A DNA stretch of 64,000 nt from Octopus sinensis (GCF_006345805.1 NC_043002.1:43648001-43712000); one strand, 5' to 3'; counted from the first letter of the stretch, positions 1-12,960 are shown. The notes: generated from the letters alone by a model not told the origin. A program made the numbers and translations.

Positions 1-56
1 CTCGTATGTTTATAATTTTCTCCGAGGCAGTGAAACAAAGTACTATTGAAGGGCAT
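1..56 (-). CDS. Candidate 5' end of a coding exon running off the window (MPFNSTLFHCLGENYKHT...)
   Basis: ATG at 56-54, open to position 1, in-frame TAA 11 codons upstream; acceptor-like ttttctcAG at 145-137; CRE-type module directly upstream. Only 18 codons visible and no recognisable homology. Confidence 0.25.
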   Translation of the reverse strand, partial: MPFNSTLFHCLGENYKHT

Positions 57-179
57 GGATGGATTCAATCGGCTGTCGCCTCCCGCTTAAATTTCTGCGT
101 TTTTTTTTGTTGCTTAATTTATAAGCAATTGTTCCTCTGAGAAAACTATTGAACTCCAATTGGTGTCATCTTTGTGTTG

Positions 180-250
180 CATCTAGATGATAATGTCACT
201 ACGTCTTCTGATATGTAGCGTAAATATGACGTCACAAATGTTTATTATTG
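180..250 (-). promoter_or_regulatory. Promoter-like module 0 (twin CRE-like sites, Inr-like motif)
   Basis: Perfect TGACGTCA at 227-234 and a degenerate site starting 18 bp away (209); context gatgataatg...tatgacgtcacaaatgtttatt aligns with 3731-3793. Confidence 0.5.
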
Positions 251-599
251 TTGTTGTTATTTACTCACAGGTCACTTATGATGAAGGTGACCTACGAGGA
301 AAAACATTTCAACTGTAACCATCTCTTTTATTTTACCTACGTGAGACGGGACCCCAGATCTGCATTTGCAATTTATCTTTTTCTAAGACAGTGGAGTGCG
401 ATATAAGAGAGAAATTTGACAGTTATTTCCAGCAGGTTGAACAACCACAAAGAATCGCCCTCGTAGATCTGGTTTCTTAATTGTTACCCTCTAATCTCTT
501 AGAAGACAATGTTACGCAATTAGAAACTAGAATAAATAAATAAATACTGCAAAACACTGAGAATATATCAGAATTACATATATTCATGCATACATACAT

Positions 600-1030
600 G
601 CATTCTTTTATTCATTTAATTGGCCACAAGGGCCTTACAAAGAAAGGAAGCTGCGGGCTGGACACGGACATAATGAGATGGAATGATTAACGATATGATA
701 ACAATGAGGGCAACAGCAACACCCGCCGATTGCTTTATACCTGAGCACATTATTCTTTTATAAAACATTTTGAGGCAACAAACCTTTTAATGATAACGCG
801 TTAAGGAGGCAATAGATCTCTTACATTAACGACATACAAAGCCATTTTGAGGCAATAAACCTCTTACTCAAGTCCTTTTAGGAATCAAAAATACAATTTT
901 CTTGCCCGACCAGACTTCTCGCCTCAGCAAAACACCTGGACGGCTCCAAGTCGGACCTATTTAACATAAATTTGTAGGTATCCTTAGAGAAGGAGTCCAT
1001 TATCCTGAACAGGTCGTTCTCCCTCATGAC
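600..1030 (-). mobile_element. Decayed 3' end of a non-LTR retrotransposon (L1/Tx1-like)
   Basis: Non-repetitive coding-like remnant (VMRENDLFRIMDSF...) with duplicated ttttgaggcaa.aaacct motif, flanked by (CATA)n; family assignment tentative. Confidence 0.3.
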
Positions 1031-1034
1031 CTTG

Positions 1035-1180
1035 CATGCATACATACACGCATACATACATACACATACATGCATACATACATACACGCATACATACATA
1101 CATACATACATACATACATACATACATACATACATACATACATACATACATAGGTACGTACATACATACATGCATGCATG
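1035..1180. repeat. (CATA)n microsatellite
   Basis: Direct reading of the sequence. Confidence 0.95.
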
Positions 1181-1201
1181 CACCCATATGTAAGTGTATA
1201 T

Positions 1202-1359
1202 ACAGAGGCGAACCCAAGGGTGGGGGACTGAGGGACACGTGCCCACTCCCTCAAGAAAAGAAGTGCGCCCTTCTAAATAATGTTATAGTAATTTGTTTTA
1301 ATAGCTGCGCCCTTCTGACTTTGTGCCCTCCCTTCGAAAATTTCCTATGACCGCGCCTG
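1202..1359. mobile_element. hAT-like MITE
   Basis: GC-rich island with imperfect termini cagaggcg...cgcgcctg and internal gtgccc motifs. Confidence 0.45.
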
Positions 1360-1769
1360 TTGTATGGCATGTGGGCTAGTGGTTAGGGTATGACACTCAC
1401 GATGGCAAGATCGTGGTTAAAAAGGCAAAAAAAAAAAATAATGATTCAATAAAGTAAGGAAAATATGGTCATCAGAGCACTTTCAACCTCCAATAAATAG
1501 CTCGACCCTAAAACCTTTGCAGTGTCAGCTTGAGACCTATGATTGGCCTTAACAATTGGTCATCAAAAGAACTTACAGACATGGATGTAAGAATCTAGAA
1601 ACTGTTTCAGTATTAATGGAGCTGGAGACAAATTATATTTAACATGTTGAGTAAAGTTAGAGTGGCCTGAAGCCTGTACCATAACAATGAGTAAATATCT
1701 CCAACAGTGACAAACTCGAATCGTAGCTTATGCCTGATCAGCCTCGCTTCCCTTTAATAATTGTTTCTA

Positions 1770-1980
1770 TTATAGGCACAAAGCCAACTATTTAGGGAGG
1801 AGGAGGCTAATTGATTGCATCGATCCCCAATGTTCAACTGGTACTTATTCTATTGATTCTGAAAGGATGGAGGACAATGATGTCTTTAACCGAATTTGAA
1901 CTCAGAACGTAAAGAACCAGAAGAAATGTCGCTCAGAATTTCACCCGAGGTATAAACAATTCTGCCAGCTCGCAGCCTTA
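1770..1980 (-). mobile_element. tRNA-derived SINE family B, decayed
   Basis: Reverse complement matches gcgagctggcagaat...ttctgagttcaaatt of the better copies at 19302 and 60861. Confidence 0.8.
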
Positions 1981-2139
1981 AATAACACTGTAACAATTTT
2001 CTTTCTGATCCCGGAACCATGTGGTTCGTAAGCGAGCTACTTACTACAGAGCCACTCTTACACCTATTTGGACTCAGAACGTAAAGAGCCGCTAAGCATT
2101 TTAACCGGCGTGCTAACGATTAGGACAGCTTCAACCACA

Positions 2140-4190
2140 AGAGGCACATTACAAATCTAGAAGAACGTGTGAGGTGCATATGTAATGAGAATAGTAATGA
2201 ATCTTCAATTCAATAAATTCCTATGCTCACAGCATTCATTGAATTATTGCTTTGTAATAGATGTCACTCGGGACTGAGTATACTTATGCACAAAGGCGAC
2301 TTAACCGTTATAATTCGGATCTTTTCCATCCTAAATCACTACGATTAAGTAGTGACTTAGGATGGAAAAGTTCCCCTGCCTTATTGAAGACGGCGGGGTG
2401 TGACATGTTTTACATTCGTATGTATTTTTAGAGATTTCATTTTGTAGGTGATTTCAAATTTGAATGTGGTTCAAGGATACCCCAAACTGCCTTTTAGGCA
2501 GGGATGAGTAATTTGGAGTTGTATATGTGTTGTTACATGCAACGCATATATATTTGCGTTTAATCATTAATGTAGATACATGTACATACATACATACATA
2601 CATACATACATACATACATACATACATAATACATACATACATATATACATACATACATACGTACATACATAAACACACACATGCACATTCAAACGCACAT
2701 ATAACCACCCCCCACACACAAACACATACCCCCCCCGCACACACACACAGGGGCTCGTGGCTTAGTTGTTAAGATGTTGCAAGTCCCGATCTCAAGATCG
2801 TGGTTTCGAATCTCAGACTGGTGGTATGTTGCGTTTTTAAGCAAAACGTTTCATATAATGCTGTATTAGGACCAACGATGTATAAAACACATCCGATAGT
2901 CTGGCCGATACAGTGATACAATATAAGCGTGTGTTTCTGTGTGCTTGTGTGCATCTGTGTGTGAGTATGTGTGTATGTGTGTGTGTGGGGGGGGGGCGTT
3001 TGTGTGTTGTTGTTGTTGTTTGTGTGTGTGTGTGTGGGGGGCGTTTGTGTGTTGTGTGCGTGCACATATGTGCATGAGGGCGCTCGTGTGTCTTTGCATG
3101 ATTTCGCTTTCTCTTGTCCAGAATATGAATGAACACCATACATAGTCTTTCTTTATTACGTTAGTGCAAGACACAGTTTAGGTGGGCGGAGGTCATCGTC
3201 AATTAAATCTACTTGAGTACTTAAATCGTACTTATTTTATCTTCTGAAAGGAAAAAAAAGGAAAAATAACCAGCAATGATAAAAATTATTTATAACATAG
3301 CGTCATAGCCACAAATGTTTGAAGGCGTTTCATTCACTTTAATTGACCAGATCACTCGAGTGGTACTTACGTCATTGATCTTCGACAGATGAAAAAAGCT
3401 ATCAAGAATCCTGATTAAAATGTCTGAGAATAAAAATGAAGTCCAAACAACAATTTCTATATATTTTTGGAACATTACATTATTTTTGTCTTTTTAATTT
3501 CATTTCACTAGATTTCAATAACATGTTTGAAAAATTTAGTAAGCTATTCTGAATTTTTACTCAGTATCAGTTGAGAACACAAGTAAGGAGATTTCGCATC
3601 AACTTTCCATTTATAGTTTGTGAAGGCGAAGCAGAGAAATAATGAAAAATATTCCTATACGAAGGCTTGCACTTGAAAAGGGAAACTGAAACCATTGAAA
3701 ATTATTCAACTCCTTGTTAGATCACGACTAAATGATAATGCGATACACCCTTTGACGATACTTTGGACTATGACGTCATAAAGGACATTTATTGTGTTTT
3801 TTTCCTCAATAATTTATGAAAAGTTAAACTGTATCATCTTGGGAATATGAAGACAATAAAAGTCGAGATTCTATTTGATGTACTGGTAATTCTTCAGGCA
3901 CTTCAGATATTTTTCACGCGTTGTGTCTTGGAAAAGCATATTTTCAGCAGGCTAAATGACGCGTAGTAGAAAGATCCGTAACTCTGATAAAGGGAAACTT
4001 GATCTTGTAGGTACATGATCGAAGGCGACTCAACTGTAAACATTCATTTCTTTCCCAGGTAAGTAAATCTAGGACTACATCGCATTCTTCTGTCTTGCCT
4101 TTTTCGCCATAGTAGGTACCATGAAGAAGAGATTTCGCAGTTACTACAGTTTACAACGATCACACAGAGGCTCCTTAGTTAACTCAGATT
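2140..4190 (-). other. Paralogous module A (promoter ~3730-3830, exon-like ~3730-3561, donor, intron-like DNA)
   Basis: Collinear similarity to 10800-11750 and 16850-19150 (e.g. cacagtttaggtgggcggaggtcatcgtca shared with ~18308); TGACGTCA 3771-3778 plus TGACG 3753; donor-like CTGA|GTAAAA with GT at 3560-3559. Confidence 0.7.
2321..2370. repeat. Short hairpin (22-bp arms, one mismatch, 6-nt loop)
   Basis: cttttccatcctaaatcactac-gattaa-gtagtgacttaggatggaaaag. Confidence 0.9.
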
Positions 4191-4599
4191 CCACAAGTAT
4201 TTGTCGGAAATGAGCCGCATGAAAGGAAAGTTAATAAAATTCCTTCTTTAAGGCATAATGTGATGGAGTTTGGCAGCTATCTTTAACAAGTAGAGCGACC
4301 GTTTTGAGGTCTCTTAGCAAGCTGAAAAGCCAGAAGTCTTTGGTGAAGGTAAGATAAAGAAAACGTAGGAATGTTAATGAATTTAGCACGATAACAATAT
4401 CTAAAATAAACATGGATACTTAAAACGAAAAACCAAAACGCCAAATATGAAATTCATTGATAAGTGCGTATTTTTCAAGATATAAATATAAACACACTCT
4501 CTTGCTTGCCTAAGGTTTTCTACCAAATCTGATTTTCTTTTATTTGAGGCTGCAAATTTTAGCACAGAGCCAGAGGTTTTTTTTTTATATTTGAGGTGT

Positions 4600-4773
4600 G
4601 GGGAAATAGATTGCCTCAACCCTAGTATTTGACTACTATTTTATTTTATCGACCCCGAAAGGATGAAAAGCAAAGTCGACCTCGGAGGAATTTGAACTTA
4701 GAACGTAAAGACGGACGAAATACTGCTAAGCATTATGTCCACTAAGCTAACGGCTTTGCCAGCTCGCCGCCTT
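4600..4773 (-). mobile_element. tRNA-derived SINE family B
   Basis: aaggcggcgagctggc head and tttcatcctttcggggtcgataaaat core on the reverse strand. Confidence 0.85.
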
Positions 4774-4869
4774 ACTGTACGGTATGTATAATGCATTCAG
4801 TTTCAGTCATGGACCAAATATGTAACTGTTGACTTGGAGACGTCAGTTATAACACTGTATGGATGTCAC

Positions 4870-5845
4870 TTTCTCGGTTCTGCAGGTTGAAGAAGACAGT
4901 AGAATTGACACGAAGCGCAGCCTCTCTTGGACACAAGACCACTACATCACATTACATTTTGAAGGCTATGCGTTTGCAATCCAGGAACAGAAGATTGCCA
5001 CAAAGTACCTGTGAACAAGAGAGACAGTGACATTCTTGTAATCCCAAGGTACAAAAGCATGTGGAGGTTATGTCATGTTTCTGTGGAAGACATTACGTAT
5101 GTTATTAGTAGCTGTGCTAAAACGTCGGCACGGCATTATCTCCCTATGCGGCACGATGTTGTTGCTAAAACAATTTACAATGCCATCCGCAAAAAAAGAC
5201 TGTCTTGAAATAAACTGAGAAAATCCTCCTGTTATGGAATACATTCATAAACACCAACTCAAGGAATACTAGTGGAACATTCCCCATCAATACTTCTGTC
5301 AAATGTAAGCATAACAGGCCGGATATTGTTGTTTGGGACAAGGAGGCAAAGCTACGTACCTTCATAGAGTTTAGCTGCCCTGGACAACTATCTATGGACA
5401 ACTGCTTCGAAACCTCCAATTTCTATATCCAGACTATGAATTCATATTCATACTAATAATAAGTGGAGCACTAGATTTTGTTAGTAAATGCTTAAGGGAG
5501 AATCTGGATAAACTAGGATTTTCAGAAAGAGAAATTGACTGGCTGATTCGTACATTACAAGTTCAATCTGTGAGTGAAACAGAAAAAGTATAACTTTCTC
5601 AAGTTCCAAATGTAAATTTGTCTGTGTTAACTACATCTCAAATATGGAGCCTTGTATCTTTGTTGGAAACCGACTCCCTCTTCAGTGGAAGATTTATAAT
5701 TATTAAAAAAATAGCAGAGAAATGCATAGAAAAACTCGGTTTCACAAGGAAAGAGCAAAAGAAACTGATACAGATTCTCCAAATCCAATTTATAAGTGGT
5801 ACAGTGAAGGTTTGTAAGTCGTTGCAAACATTCCCCACATGAGAC
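4870..5845 (+). mobile_element. R4/Dong-like (RLE-clade) LINE 3' fragment(s), frameshifted
   Basis: EGYAFAIQEQ, RLC..SVEDIT.VISSC zinc knuckle, RHDVVAK and NRPDIVVWD..IEFSCP restriction-like endonuclease motifs across frames; extra C-terminal piece at 5730-5845. Confidence 0.85.
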
Positions 5846-6010
5846 TCAAATGTGAACAGATGCACACATTTGGGAGTATGCATCGACATTTCAACCAACA
5901 CATCAACTCATCACATATTTACAAACACCGGGAACTCTCCTAACTCAAAAAGTCTTGTCGCTTTGTTAGCGACCGGCTTGAATTGTCTCAAGAAGAACTT
6001 AAGTAGAAGT

Positions 6011-6218
6011 TACTCTTTTATTTGTTTCAGTCATGTGACTGTGGCCATGCTGGAGCACGGCCTTTAGTCGAGCAAATCGACCCCAGGACTTATTCTTTGT
6101 AAGTCTAGTACTTATTCTATTGGTCTCATTTGCCGAACAGCTAAGTTACGGGGACGTACACACACCAGCATCGGTTGTCAAGCGATGTTGTGGGGACAAA
6201 CACAGACACACAAACACA

Positions 6219-6249
<31 letters not shown>

Positions 6250-6269
6250 CACACCACACACACACACAT

Positions 6270-6304
<35 letters not shown>

Positions 6305-6487
6305 CACATATATACATATATACGACGAGCTTCTTTCAGTTTCCCTCTACCAAATCCACTCACAAGGCTTTGGTCGGCCCGAGGCTATAGTAGAAGACAC
6401 TTACCCAAGGTGTCATGCCATGGGACTGAACCCGGAACCATGTGGTTCGTAAGCAAGCTACTTACCACCCAGCCACTCCTACGCCTA
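6011..6487 (-). mobile_element. tRNA-derived SINE family A, full length, internal (CA)n
   Basis: Head ggagtggctg..tggtaag...ggttccgggttcagtccc (A/B boxes), tail aaaagagta; same as 8991 and 44428. Confidence 0.92.
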
Positions 6488-6530
6488 TAGCAAGCTACTT
6501 ACCACACAGCCAAATTCATACATACATACA

Positions 6531-7126
6531 TCAAGGAAACCATCCTATGCGATGTTGTTGAAACAATATACAATGCGATTCGGAAAAAGACTGTCCTGGA
6601 ATAAATACTGGGGAATCCCCTATTACTGAATACATACACAAACATCCACACAAATATTGGTAGCACATTCTCGTCGAAACATCTGTCAAGTGTAAACATA
6701 ACAGGCCAGATATTGTCGTTTGGTAATTTGGTACAGACAAGAAACAGTATATACCATCATAGAGGTCAGCTGATTTGAATATCTCTTTGAAGATCAAGTA
6801 AAAGAGGATAACTGACAACTGTTCCGAATTCTCCAGTCCTTATATCCAGATTATAAATTCACATTTATAGTAATAATAATTGGTACACTTGGTTTTGTAC
6901 GTAAATGCCTAAGTGACAACCTGGGTAAGATGGGGCTTTTGGAAAAGAAATCAGTCAGCTAACTCGCACGTTACAAATACAATTTGTAGTGGGACGGTAA
7001 AAATATGCAAGACTTTTTCAATTTTAAAACGTGACTTTGTTTTTGTTATCTACCTTTTTGTATGTTTGTTATAAACTAACTCCTTCCTCAGTGGACGAAT
7101 TCAAATAATTAGAATCAGAAGAGAAC
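6531..7126 (+). mobile_element. 5'-truncated R4/Dong-like LINE flanked on both sides by (CATA)n
   Basis: Homologous to 5150-5700 and 55500-56090 (TIYNAIRKKDCPG, TSVKCKHNRPDIVVW) plus 3' UTR. Confidence 0.85.
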
Positions 7127-7202
7127 ATACATACATATGTACGTTTACACACACAGATACCCATCTATCCAACAATCCTTCTATCTATCCGTCCATCCGT
7201 CC

Positions 7203-7233
<31 letters not shown>

Positions 7234-8990
7234 CATACATACATACATACATACATACATACATACATACATACATACATACGAAATGGTAACTGTTGTG
7301 GTCAGTCCAGTACTCGGACATGTGTAATTACTGTTCATATGAAGGCAACATACCAAATATTGGAAAAGTTGAGCTACAGAGTGCGGTAAGATTACTTATA
7401 AATATTTCTATATACGTGTTTTGAACATTACTTATATTGCAGCAATCCTGTATACACGATACGTACATCTTAACACATTTATAGAAAACACAACGCTGTA
7501 ACATTTACATACACAAAGAAATAAGTCAAATAACTTTTCTAAACAATTCACGAAAAAGAAACACACTACTCCATATGTACATTTAATGCAATTGTAGAAT
7601 TAAAAACAACCTGAAAGGAAAAATTAATCAAGCTGTGAGCAACTTTGAATTTAATTCTGACAAAACTTTAACGAAACTTTTAAAGTAAATCATTGTCTAT
7701 TTTGAAAAAATAAATACAACTATCCGTGAATAGACAAAAACCATCATGACTAAACGTGTAAGTATCTTTCAACCTAATAGAGACTACAGTTACTGTATAT
7801 TATGGGCCTACAACATTAAAAAATATTTATATGAAGCATATATATAATCTGACCACAAAAGTTTGGCTTTATACACAAGATAAGTATTTGTGGAACTCCA
7901 AACACACAGAATTAGATTTTTCCTCCAAACATTAAAATGAACAACTAAAACGTATCGTCAGATGTAAATTGATACATCTAACAGAAATGTCTGATTTAAA
8001 GCACGTAGGCACTAAAAAGCCTGCCGTTGAAGATAATCATCCCACTTCCAGGGAAAAACAGACAGAACGGTTAGTTAAAGTTAGCAGTAAACAACACAAC
8101 CACAATTTAATTGAAATCCATGCCTATACTGTACAAAGAAGAGGGCCAGAAACTTGTGAACGCCTTACAAATGATCTGGGATGGTTTGTATCAACAGGTC
8201 CACAACCTTAATTTGAATGACAGGCCATATAATACCAGTTTAAGTAAAGAACCCAGTACATTAGAGTTAGAGACAGTAAACGAAATAACAAACAACTATC
8301 TGAAGACCACAGAGTCTAGATGTATGAAAGTAACCTACGCAACCATTAATCTTTTGGCATATGTCTCAGCTGTCACATTACTAGCGTATCACAAAGAGCT
8401 GAAACCACGCAATCGAGATTCAAGCAGAAAGCCTGAACCAGCAAGGGTACGTAACTTAAAAAGTAAAAATTTATTCCTGTGAAAAGGTATTTCACTGATC
8501 ATTGTAGTTTTGAAATGTAACACAGAGAACAAATTCACACGGCATTAGAAATGCCTCAGAAAAAAACTAGAGAAGCTATTTGGAGCTACAGGATTTAAAA
8601 ACCTAAACTTCAAACTGCATCAGCTAAAACAACAATTCAGAATTACAACTGAAAAACTAAAATATAAATCTACAGCATCTAAACGACAAATACTCAATAA
8701 ATTATTTTCCAGCGATCCCAAGCCAGTTTATCAGTTTCAATGCAAAAGGATCAATTTCTGTAAAAGACGCCCTAACAAACAATCAGGTTGAGATCTACTG
8801 GAAATCTGTATGGGAATTAAATGATGAATTTACCAAACAAGCTGTTCGACTAAAAGAACTGGTGCAGAATTACTACCAGCATATCTAGCAAAATCAGTAT
8901 GAAATAGACGACGAAATAAAAAAAAAACAATTGCAACGTGGAAGGTGCTTATAAGCCATTTAAAAACACACAAAAACCGTTAGATTCACT

Positions 8991-9391
8991 TACTCTTTTA
9001 CTCTTTTACTTGTTTCAGTCATTTGACTGTGGCCATGCTGAAGCACCGCCTTTAGTTGAGCAAATCGACCCCGGGACTTATTCTTTGTAAGCCCAGTACT
9101 TATTCTATCGGTCTCTTTTGCCGAACCGCTAAGTGACGGGGACGTAAACACACCATCATCGGTTGTCAAGCAATGCTAGGAGGACAAACACACACATACA
9201 CACACACATATATATATACATATATACGACAGGCTTCTTTCAGTTTCCGTCTACCAAATCCACTCACAAGGCTGTGGTCGGCCCGGGGCTATAGCAGAAG
9301 ACACTTGCCCAAGATGCCACGCAGTGGGACTGAACCCGGAACCATGTGGCTGGTTAGCAAGCTACTTACCACACAGCCACTCCTGCGCCTA
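8991..9391 (-). mobile_element. tRNA-derived SINE family A, full length, TSD cactt
   Basis: Head aggcgcaggagtggctgtgtggtaag, tail (aaaagagt)n; cactt at 8987-8991 and 9392-9396. Confidence 0.93.
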
Positions 9392-9412
9392 CACTTCAAC
9401 ATGTAAATTTAA

Positions 9413-9463
9413 TTTGTCAAAATAATTTCGTCGCTTTGAGACCGCGACCTGTTCACTGACAAA
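9413..9463 (-). ncRNA. Minimal type-I hammerhead-like motif with variant core GUGAACA
   Basis: tttgtca-GTGAACA-g-gtcgc(ggtctcaaa)gcgac-GAAA-ttattt-tgacaaa: 7-bp stem I, 5-bp stem II, GAAA; stem III imperfect. Confidence 0.5.
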
Positions 9464-10209
9464 ATTTTGTACTGAAGTGAATCTAACAGATTTTGCGTGT
9501 TTTTAAAGGGCTTATAAACACCATCCACGCTGCAATTGTTTTTGTTTCAGCACACGATCTCAGATCAGGTCACTTGCAATACAAGTACATCTCCGTAATA
9601 CTAAAAACAGTTCCTCAGAAAATGTCAAACAGGAAATTTCCAGGGTCAGACCTCATAATAGGTTACTGGCGGCGGAAGAATTTCACCTTTTCATCGGCGA
9701 GATCTCATACGTCTGTATGCAGAAAGTATCAAAGGCGGACAAGAACTGTCCCAATCGTTATCAACTGTGACTACTATTCTCATTCCCCCAAAATAACCAA
9801 ATTGCACTTGCTAAAAATTACCACCCAATAGTCTGCCAGAATATCATGATTGTACAAATTATACACTGGGTACCTCAATCCGATCATGTAAGATCATTGT
9901 CTCACCAACAACAGCATAATACCTGAGCAAACTAGAAAAATGTGGGGCTGTATACAGCAGCTACTAATTAACAAAATGATCCAGGAAAAAAGTAAAGCAT
10001 CACAGGAAATTAATCATAGTGTGGTTGGACGACCAGAAGGCTTTTGATAGTATACAACAAAGTTAGCTTATCAGGACCTGTTCTTGAACGCCTGACCAAA
10101 AGTTGGTACACCACTTAAGTGTGATAAGAAACAAATTGAATCGGATAGAATTCACTACCCAAAAAGCTATCTTTCAGCGTGACGGTCTGTTGTTGCCCTT
10201 CGTCCACTC

Positions 10210-10610
10210 GTACATACATACATACATACATGCATACATACATACATACATACATACATACATACATGCATGAATGCATGCATACATACATACATACATA
10301 CATACATACATACATACATACATACATGCATACATACATCCTTCGTCCTCTTGTACATACATACATGCATACATACATACATACATGCATACATACATAC
10401 ATACATACATACATACATACATACATACATACATGCATGCATACATACATACATACATACATACATGCATGCATACATACATACATACATACATACATAC
10501 ATACATACATACATGCATACATGCATGCATGCATGCATACATACATACATACATACATACATACATACATACATACATACATACATACATACATACATAC
10601 ATGCATGCAT
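10210..10610. repeat. (CATA/CATG)n microsatellite, ~400 bp
   Basis: Direct reading of the sequence. Confidence 0.95.
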
Positions 10611-10799
10611 TCAAATCATAGCTGTCATTTAAGTGAGAATAACACAGTAGTGTGTACCATGGTATCGCTAATTGTTTAAGATGCCTATGTAGTTACAGGC
10701 AAACTCAGGCATCCACATTATATGTACGTGTGTGTGTGTGTGTTTGTGTGTGTGCGTGTGTGTGCGTCTGTGTGTGTGTGTGTGTCTGTGTGTGTGTGC

Positions 10800-11750
10800 A
10801 TCCTCTCTGTGTGACTGTGCTTGCATGTATTTGTCTATAGTCTGTTGACTCTAATCCAGTATGTATATATCGTACATAATATCGATTTATTACATTTGAA
10901 CAAGACCAGTTTTAGTTGGGCTGAAGTCATCTTCAATTAAATCCACTTGAGTATTTGAATCGAACTTATTTCATCTTCTGTCAAAGAAACAGAATATATA
11001 TATAAAAAAAAACAGAGCATATAAAAAATCCCAGCAATAATAGAGATTATTTATATAGTCTTGTAACCAGAAATTTTTCAAGGAATGCTTATTTGCTATA
11101 ATCAACCAAACTACTCGAGTGATGCTTACTTTATTGATCTCGAACGGATGAAAAAATTACAGACATCTTGATTAAATGTCTTAGAAGATGAATGATGTCC
11201 AAACAACAATTTCTAAGTATTTTTGGAGAGTTCAATATTTTTTTTTCTCTTTTAATTTTGTTTTCTCATTTGAGTTCAATAAAATTTGAACAAATCTATT
11301 ACGATAGTTGAAATCCAATCTGACAAATTTACTTACTCAGCAGGACTTTTGCGAAGATAAGCTGAATATCATTTTAAAAGGCATGAACGTGTTTCCAATG
11401 TACTTCGTTGATAATTTAGGAATATACTGTAGTATGCAGAAGAGCAGGAAATGACTAAAGATATTTCTGTACGAAGGCGTGCATTTCAAACATGGAATTG
11501 GAAGCTATTTACTTCTTCGTTAGCACTGAAAATAAATGATGAGATACTTCCTGTAATGACACTCTGAAGTATGATGTCAGGAATAATATTTATTGTCTGG
11601 AATTTTCTAATAACCGATAACAAAGTTAAATCTTACCATCCGTGGAAGTAAAGACGTTACAGAGTCGAGTTCTCCCTTGTACTGTTATTCTCCAAAAACT
11701 TCTATTATGTTCTTGTATGAATTATATGGATACCTGATATTACGTTCGCG
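10800..11750 (-). other. Paralogous module B (promoter ~11530-11630, exon-like ~11535-11337, donor GTAAGT)
   Basis: Collinear with modules A and C; TGATGTCA 11572-11579 and taatgaca at 11554; consensus donor CTGA|GTAAGT at 11336-11331. Confidence 0.7.
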
Positions 11751-11762
11751 TTAGGTATCGTA

Positions 11763-12130
11763 TCTATATATATAAAGCTGAAGTTGTCTGTGTATGGCAG
11801 GTTTGGTGGCCTTCAACTAACACTATCTCCTCCGAGACCCTGCCCCGCAATTTGGCCACAATTGAGAGTATGATAGAAGAAGGCTTGCTCTTCATTCCGT
11901 AGAAGATAAAATTCAAATCGGACCATGTTAACACCAAAAATTATTTACATAAAAAAGGTGCTTTTTTCTATTAAAATCCCTATTGTTTACGATTTTTTGA
12001 CTGCTGTGTCGCCATTTTTCGGTGTATTTCAACCAGAAAAATGTTCCCTTAAAGAGAATAACAAGCTACATAATGCAAAAGTTTTACTTTTCAAAAATTC
12101 CAATTCTAAAGGGTCGAAACAAACCTGAGT
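11763..12130 (+). mobile_element. Non-autonomous Helitron, 3' hairpin missing
   Basis: Starts A|TCTATATATATAAAG; near-identical to 46308-46630; ends in caaacctgag as seen just before the hairpin in 30292 and 57301. Confidence 0.75.
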
Positions 12131-12960
12131 TAGTATTACATAGATTCATAACGTTGGTAGAGTGTCTGTGCTGTTTGATACTTAGCCCCACATCAGTCTT
12201 GGTCTGGCAGTCCACTGAAAGAAGGCAATGTAACTGTGATTATCAGTTTCTTCCCCAGGCTAGTGTACCTGAAACTATATCAGAATCCTATATGGCCATC
12301 CTTCTTCAGTACCGCAAGTCTTCTGAGGGAGATTTCACTGCTATTTCTAATATACCGAACGAATAGTGGAGATTTCCTTCGTTAACTTGACGGCCACAAG
12401 TGCTCCTTGGAGACGAGCTGAATAAAAGTCCGGAGAGTTAATGAATTTGAAAAGAGGAAATAAAAGCTGACAAAGATCTCTCGCCCCAAGGAACATTGGA
12501 AATATTTAACACAATGACAAAATAAAAAACATATAAGTCGGTATTTAAAATAAAGAAACACAGATAATAGAGAGAATAAACCCAGAATGGAATAGCAACA
12601 AGCTTATAACATCGCACTTTGGAGGCTGCTCCATGAAATCCAGGAGCTATAAATCGTCAATTATTACATTCTTTAAAAGAATATCGGTTAGTGACAAATG
12701 GACAATTTAATCCGAGATTCACTAAAGAAATATACCTTTGATAATAGATCTGTGCAATGAAAACTAATCTTAAAATGAATAACATTTGTCATTCTGTCTC
12801 TCACGGATAGTTTTATAAATTATAACAATTTTGTGATAATATAAAATATTTCAACACTTCAAAGACGGTGTTCCTTGCTCTACACATATATACATATATT
12901 TGTACGTATAAATATATACACGCACACGCACACACGCACACGCACACACACACACACACA

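Larger units (their letters stand above)
8924..9545. repeat. Penelope-type inverted repeat (~70-bp arms) interrupted by a SINE
   Basis: 8924-8991 is the reverse complement of ~9472-9543 with a few mismatches. Confidence 0.75.
7281..10210 (+). mobile_element. Decayed R4/Dong-like LINE, 5' region and RT part, with nested insertions at 8920-9590
   Basis: RT-like remnants FPGSDLIIGYW, KNYHPI, QQLLINKMIQE, WLDDQKAFDSI and AIFQRD (GIFQGD-like) in shifting frames; bounded by (CATA)n tracts. Confidence 0.7.

Noticed and set aside
3567-3695. 42-codon minus-strand ORF MVSVSLFKCKPSYRNIFHYF... in module A as a peptide family
   Set aside because: Module B lacks the ATG and module C has an in-frame stop; similarity is explained by DNA homology. 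At most uORFs.
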